Both the position numbers and the translations under genes were made by a program. Of a DNA stretch of 17,929 nt, positions 7,724 through 13,200 are shown piece by piece (the first letter of the stretch is position 1; each line of letters starts with the position of its first letter). The notes under the pieces were generated by a model. The model did no database searches and was not told the origin of the DNA. It saw only the letters and a list, made by a program, of their open reading frames with translations. Location: positions 1 through 17,929 of the forward strand of contig JAUCGE010000078.1 in NCBI GenBank assembly GCA_030377965.1, read 5' to 3'. The DNA comes from Desulfobacterales bacterium HSG16. Lineage in GTDB: Bacteria; Desulfobacterota; Desulfobacteria; Desulfobacterales; HSG16.

Positions 7724-9901
7724 ATGCAGGATATCATTGTTTTCATCACTGGCATAGGCGGATTTTTGATCGTTGGCATAGGATGCGGGCTTCTAATCAT
7801 GCTCATCAAATGCTACCGAAAAGTGGAACAGGGCCAGGCTCTTATCAGAAACGGAATGGGAGGAACCAAAGTGACCTTTTCCGGTATGGTCGTGATTCCC
7901 ATTCTTCACAGGTCTGAAATGATTGAAATCTCACTCAAACGGGTGATAATTGACCGGCATGGATCTGAAGGGCTGATATGCCAGGATAACATGCGGGCAG
8001 ACATAAAAGTGGTATTCTTTGTTCGGGTGAACAAGACAGAACCGGATGTTCTCAAGGTAGCCCAGACAGTCGGATGCGACAGAGCTTCCCATCAGAAGAC
8101 CATCCAGGAGCTGTTTGATGCCAAGTTCTCAGAAGCTCTCAAGACCGTGGGAAAACAATTCGATTTCGTGGATCTTTATAATTCACGGGAAAAATTCAAG
8201 GACGAAATATTGAATATCATCGGCACGGACTTGAACGGATTTGTCTTAGATGATGCCGCAATTGATTATCTGGAGCAGACCAACCTGGATATGCTCAATG
8301 AATTCAATATTCTCGACTCCGAAGGCATAAGAAAGATCACCGAACTGACTTCCAAACAAAAGATTCAGTCCAACCAGCTGGCCAGAGGACGTGAGAAAAC
8401 CATAACACAGCAGGATGTAGAGGCAAAAGAAGCGATTCTTGTGCTTAACAAGCAGCTTGCGGAAGCTGAAAATCAGCAGCGCAGAGAGATCGAATCCATA
8501 AAGGCCAGAGAAGACGCTGAAATAGAAAAAGTTCAGCACGAAGAACACCTCAAATCTGAAAATGCAAGAATCAGCATGGAAGAAGAGGTTAATGTTGCAG
8601 AGGAAAATAAACAGCGCCAGATCATTGTAGCTCAGAAAAACAAGGAAAAAACCGAGGCTGTCGAAACCGAGAGAATCGAAAAGGATCGTATGCTCGAAGC
8701 AAACGAGCGCGAGCGTCTTGTATCCCTGGCTCAGATCGAAAAAGACAAAGCCATTGAGATAGAACGCAAAGCGATCCAGGATGTTATAAGAGAGAGAGTG
8801 GCGGTAGAAAAAACCGTTGTGATCGAACAGGAAAAGATCAAAGATACCGAGGCATTTGCCGGAGCTGACAGAGAAAAGAAAGTCGTGATGACTCATGCTG
8901 AAAAAGAAGCTGAGGAAAAACTGATCAAAGACATCAAGGGCGCTGAAGCTGAGAAAAAAGTCGCAGCGCTTCAGGCTGACAAGGAACTCTACAAGGTTGT
9001 AAAATCTGCCGAAGCGAATCGGCAGGCAGCAGATCTCAAGGCCGAAGAAGTGGTTATTGAGGCTGAAGCCTATCAGAGTGCTGCAGAAAAGAAATCTGCT
9101 GCCAAGAAAATGCTGGCAGAAGCCGAAATCGAAGAAAAGGCGGCTCCCGGACTTGCGGAAGTAAAAGTTGCCCAGTCCCAGGCAGATGCCATAGAAAAAC
9201 GTGGTGCAGCAGAAGCCAAGGTGATCGATAACAAGGGTACTGCAGAAGCCAAGGTGCTGGAACTCAAAAACCAGGTGACAGCAAGAAGCATTGATAACAA
9301 AGGCACGGCAGAAGCAAAAGTACAAGCTCTCAAATTTCAGTCGGAAGCAAAAGGTATTGAAAACAAGGCCAATGCAATGAAACTGCTTGACGCGGTGGGC
9401 CGTGAACATGAGGAATTCAAGCTTCGACTTAATAAGGAAAAAGATATCGAACTTGCTGCCATAAATGTTCAGAAAGAAGTTGCAGAAAACCAGGCAGTCA
9501 TTATCGGAGAAGCTTTGAAATCTGCCAAGGTGGATATCATCGGAGGGGAAACCACATTTTTCGACAGGATTGTCAATGCTGTATCTGCCGGAAAGGCCGT
9601 AGATCGATTGGTGACAAGTTCCAAGACAATAAGCGATGTCAAGGAGACCTTTTTCAATGCTGATCCGAATTTTTTCCGGAGCCAGATAAAAGATTTCTTT
9701 ACCCAGTTCGGACTCAGTTCCGAAGATTTTAAGAATTTGAGCATTTCAGCAGCCCTGACTCAGCTTCTGTCCATAGTCGAAAAACCTGAAGATCGATCAC
9801 AGGTTTACGATCTTATGGCCCTGGCTGAAAAATCAGGCTTGAAAGATCGGATGTTGTCTATTGTCGATACAAAACCTGTCAAGAAGAAGAAACAGGGTTG
9901 A
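7724..9901 (+). CDS. Flotillin-like SPFH/band-7 protein (YqiK/FloT-like) with extended Ala/Glu/Lys-rich coiled coil
   Basis: RBS AGGAGG (7711-7716) 7 nt from the ATG. An N-terminal membrane helix (IIVFITGIGGFLIVGIGCGLLIMLI) is followed by an SPFH core: QALIRNGMGGTKVTFSGMVVIPILHRSEMIEISLKR...CQDNMRADIKVVFFVRV. Then comes a very long EA-repeat coiled coil, giving 725 aa against about 550 aa for E. coli YqiK. Confidence 0.85.
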   Translation: MQDIIVFITGIGGFLIVGIGCGLLIMLIKCYRKVEQGQALIRNGMGGTKVTFSGMVVIPILHRSEMIEISLKRVIIDRHGSEGLICQDNMRADIKVVFFVRVNKTEPDVLKVAQTVGCDRASHQKTIQELFDAKFSEALKTVGKQFDFVDLYNSREKFKDEILNIIGTDLNGFVLDDAAIDYLEQTNLDMLNEFNILDSEGIRKITELTSKQKIQSNQLARGREKTITQQDVEAKEAILVLNKQLAEAENQQRREIESIKAREDAEIEKVQHEEHLKSENARISMEEEVNVAEENKQRQIIVAQKNKEKTEAVETERIEKDRMLEANERERLVSLAQIEKDKAIEIERKAIQDVIRERVAVEKTVVIEQEKIKDTEAFAGADREKKVVMTHAEKEAEEKLIKDIKGAEAEKKVAALQADKELYKVVKSAEANRQAADLKAEEVVIEAEAYQSAAEKKSAAKKMLAEAEIEEKAAPGLAEVKVAQSQADAIEKRGAAEAKVIDNKGTAEAKVLELKNQVTARSIDNKGTAEAKVQALKFQSEAKGIENKANAMKLLDAVGREHEEFKLRLNKEKDIELAAINVQKEVAENQAVIIGEALKSAKVDIIGGETTFFDRIVNAVSAGKAVDRLVTSSKTISDVKETFFNADPNFFRSQIKDFFTQFGLSSEDFKNLSISAALTQLLSIVEKPEDRSQVYDLMALAEKSGLKDRMLSIVDTKPVKKKKQG
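9209..9322 (+). repeat. Tandem 22-aa (66-nt) repeats inside the flotillin coiled coil (IDNKGTAEAKV...), including exact 15-nt copies gcagaagccaaggtg at 9209-9223 and 9242-9256
   Basis: Direct inspection: atcgataacaagggtactgcagaagccaaggtg (9224-9256) against attgataacaaaggcacggcagaagcaaaagta (9290-9322). Confidence 0.8.
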
Positions 9902-9916
9902 ACGTAAAAACCTGAA

Positions 9917-9959
9917 AAACCGGATGTCATTCGATTTATAGATATCCGGTTTTACTTTT
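9917..9959 (+). terminator. Hairpin (aaaccggat / atccggttt, 18-nt loop) plus T-rich tail, 16 nt after the flotillin stop
   Basis: Stem 9917-9925 pairs with 9944-9952, followed by tactttt. The loop is long for an intrinsic terminator. Confidence 0.35.
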
Positions 9960-10011
9960 CTGCCAGTGCCAGGTAACTCAGGGATTTCCCAATTAATAAA
10001 ATACCTGGTAG

Positions 10012-10040
10012 GGCGGGGTTCCGTCCCCGCCATCTTTCTT
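10012..10040 (+). terminator. GC-rich stem-loop (ggcgggg ttccgt ccccgcc) followed by atctttctt, a rho-independent terminator-like element
   Basis: Perfect 7-bp GC stem 10012-10018 / 10025-10031, 6-nt loop, T-rich tail 10032-10040. It sits between the flotillin gene and the giant gene. Confidence 0.45.
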
Positions 10041-10160
10041 GGCAGAGAACAACGCCCGGCGATCAGGCAACTGGTGGGCAACGCTTCGCTTTTGCCCACC
10101 CTGCTAAAAAATGTCACGAAATTTTTGCACAGGTACATATGCCAGCAATCAGGCAAAAAT

Positions 10161-10180
10161 TCGATTAAATTTTGAATCGA
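10161..10180 (+). promoter_or_regulatory. Perfect palindrome tcgatt-N8-aatcga 17 nt upstream of the giant gene RBS, a candidate operator or leader hairpin
   Basis: tcgattaaattttgaatcga, read directly. RBS AAGGAG at 10197-10202, 8 nt before ATG 10211. Confidence 0.3.
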
Positions 10181-10210
10181 TCAAATTTCAGATAAAAAGG
10201 AGTAATACCA

Positions 10211-13200
10211 ATGCCCCCCGAAGATGAACAAAAACTGGGAACCGAAGGCGAAGTGGTATTGGAGGGCGGAACCTATGAGATCATCAGAAACCGCCTGTCA
10301 AGCCACGGCCAGGATCTGCAATCAAGGCTCGGACAGCTCAATGAAAGCCGAAAAGAAATTTTCGGCTCCATAGAAGCCACCATTCTGACAACAGAACGCG
10401 TAAGTACAAAAAACAACTGTGTTCCCAGAGATCTTGTTCCGGTCGGGGGAAACAGGTTCGTTTTCGGGTTTAATGTTCATCTGGGGCTGAAATCCGAGAT
10501 GAATTTATCCGATGTATTCGCTATTTATGAATATAAAGATCGAGCTTTTCGCGAACAGCCCCTCGATATGTTGAAGGCAGGCAGATTCGAAGAGGATTTT
10601 TTAAACCTGTACAAGTATTACAAGGGAACCCGATTTGCAAAATTTTCCATTATCGGTCCCAATCTTTTCATGATATTCAGAGTAGGCAAAACCCCAAAAG
10701 ACATAAAAACATTCAAGTGGGCCGTAAGTGACGAAGGTATAACCTATATCGATAACCGAAGCGATCACGAATTCAAATATCCTCCCCAGCACGACTTTAC
10801 ATGGACACGTACCAACAGAGACCTTCACCGTACCGGGCTTCACCCCCACATCTCTATCGAAGAAAAAGTCTTTGTAGAAGCTGTAGGAGGCGACATAACC
10901 TTCAAAGTGGAAGATAACACAGACAGCGGCCAGGGCATATATGCGGAAGTCGTGGAAAATCTGGACCAGACTCTTGATGACGCTGATATCCGTTATGCCA
11001 TCTTAGGCCACATCATACTTGTCAGGATCAAGCCCTATATGGAGAGTGATTTTCGATATTTTATATTCAATGAAAAAGACCAGACGGTTCATCGTGTGGA
11101 TGGGATAGAAAATTCCTGCGTTTTCCTGCCGGATGACCAGGGGCTTATCTTTTCAAAAGGATATTACCTTCAGACCGGCGAACTCAAGCAGTTCGACTCC
11201 GAAACCGAGGATATGATATTTGAAAACCGCATTGCAGCAGCAAACGGTGAAGACTACCTTTATACCTTTTACAATCAGGAAACCGGCGAGCATGTACTTC
11301 TTCCTTATAATATAATCGACCAGAAAGTGGAAAACCCCATTTCCTGTCATGGTTTTTCCAACTTCGATACAGGCGAAATGCTTATTTTTCGGGGTGATCC
11401 CGATCCTGCAAAACATCATGCCATCCAGATATGGCAGACTCCTTATGTAAGCGGGGAACATGCCTTTACAGAGGAAAACGACTCCCTGCTTTATAAAATC
11501 GGAAACCCCGACATCGTAAGATGCATGGCCGAATGCAATGAATTGTTAAAGTTGATCTACAAGGAATCCCTGTATGGAGGCATTTACATAGATATGGTCA
11601 AGAAAGCCACGACCATAGCAGATACATGGTTCTGGCTGGACAAGGAAGAAGCCTTCAACTTAAAAAACACAATAGTAGAAGTCAGGGATGCGGCAAACTC
11701 GGCTATTGACGAGTTTGAAAAGGTAGTAAGACTTAAAAAGAGTACAGCCGACGAAGTTGTAAGAGTATCTGACAGGGCTGTAGATATCCTGAAACGAGCA
11801 GCTCCCGACAGGATGGAAAGCATCGACCATTTTGTCGCTGGCCTGGCAGAACTCCGGAGCGTCAGGGGTGAAATCATATCCTTGAAGGAACTGCGCTATG
11901 TGGATATTGCCGCAGTGGAAAATCTGGAAGGCAGAATTATAACATCCACTGAAGAGATGTCTGCCATATGCGTCGAGTTTTTACTCAAACCAGAATCGCT
12001 GATACCCTATGAAAATCGCGTGACAGGTATTGAGGGAAAAGTCGTGGAACTGGCAAAAGTGACAGAAGCCAAAGCGCTTGAAAAAGAAGTTGCTGATGCA
12101 GGAAACGAACTTGAAATGCTCATAGAGATCGTGAGCAATCTCAAGATAGAAGATGCTACACATACCACAAAAATCATAGAAAATATTTCAGAAATTTATT
12201 CTTCTGTAAACCGTATCAAGGCAGCCATAAAAAATAAGGTAAAAAGCCTGCAATCCACAGAAGGCGCTGCCCAGTTCAATGCCCAGTTGAAACTTTTGAA
12301 TCAGAGCGTCATAAATTATCTTGATATCTGTGACACCCCTCAAAAATGCGACGAATACATGACAAAAGTCATGATATCAGTGGAAGAACTCGAAAGCAGA
12401 TTTTCAGATTTTGACGAGTTTATCCTCGAACTGTCTGGTAAAAGAGATGAGGTTTACAACGCATTTGAATCAAAAAAACTGAATCTTGTGGAAGCTCGGA
12501 ACAAGAAGGCCAATACACTGATGAGTGCTGCGGAAAGAATCTTGAAAGGGATTCAGAACCGCGCTAAGGGAATGGATGACGTTGACGCTATCAACGGATA
12601 TTTTGCCTCGGATATGATGATCGAAAAAATCCGGGATATAATAGCCCAGTTGATCGAACTGGACGATTCGGTAAAAGCCGATGATATCCAGTCCAGGCTC
12701 AAAACCGTTCGTGAAGATGCTGTCCGCCAGTTAAAAGACCGGCAGGAACTTTTTGTTGATGGGGCAAATGTAATCAAATTCGGAGAACACAATTTTTCTG
12801 TCAATGTACAGGCTCTGGATCTGACCATCGTCATGAAAGATGGTCAGATGATGTTTCATCTTACCGGAACAGATTTTTTTGAAACTATTGATGATAAAGA
12901 GTTTCTATCTACCCGTCCTGTCTGGAACATGGATGTACCCTCGGAAAACAGAGATGTTTACAGGGGAGAATTTTTAGCTTACAAAATGCTTGAACAGATC
13001 GAAGCAGGGGACGAAACTCTTGATCATTTGAAAGCTTCTGCAATAGCAGGAGAGGACGAAGAAAATCCAAATCTGTGGACCGAGGCAGTGCAGAAATTTA
13101 TGGGGCCTCGATACACAGAAGGCTATGCCAAGGGCGTGCATGATCATGATGCTGCAAAAATTTTAAGCGTTCTGGCAAAAATGCATTTTTCCATCGGCCT

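Noticed and set aside
8246-9409. 387-aa minus-strand ORF inside the flotillin gene
   Set aside because: It is a Phe/Leu/Ser-rich antisense shadow of the GAA/GCA/AAG-rich coiled-coil coding region. It has no RBS and low complexity, and it is fully contained within a confidently called gene.
10011-10031. Possible tRNA T-arm-like GC hairpin
   Set aside because: The loop is 6 nt (ttccgt) and lacks the GTTCRA T-loop consensus. There is no acceptor, D or anticodon arm context.
10072-10100. Sigma54-like -24/-12 element (TGGGCAAC-N4-TTCGC) upstream of the giant gene
   Set aside because: The -12 element reads TTCG rather than TTGC and the -24 lacks the GGCAC core. It is more parsimoniously part of the 9-bp hairpin.
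10101-10160. Superficial resemblance of aaaaaatgtcacg...gcacagg to the 5' end of a c-di-GMP-I (GEMM) riboswitch
   Set aside because: The conserved second-hairpin elements (GGGACGCAAAGCC-like) and the tetraloop/receptor arrangement are not present. Only a covariance-model scan could revive this.
9833-10175. ORFs 9833-10156 (-) and 9966-10175 (+, GTG start) in the flotillin to giant-gene spacer
   Set aside because: Both run through the terminator-like hairpins and neither has an RBS. The GC-rich palindromic structure of this region inflates open frames by chance.
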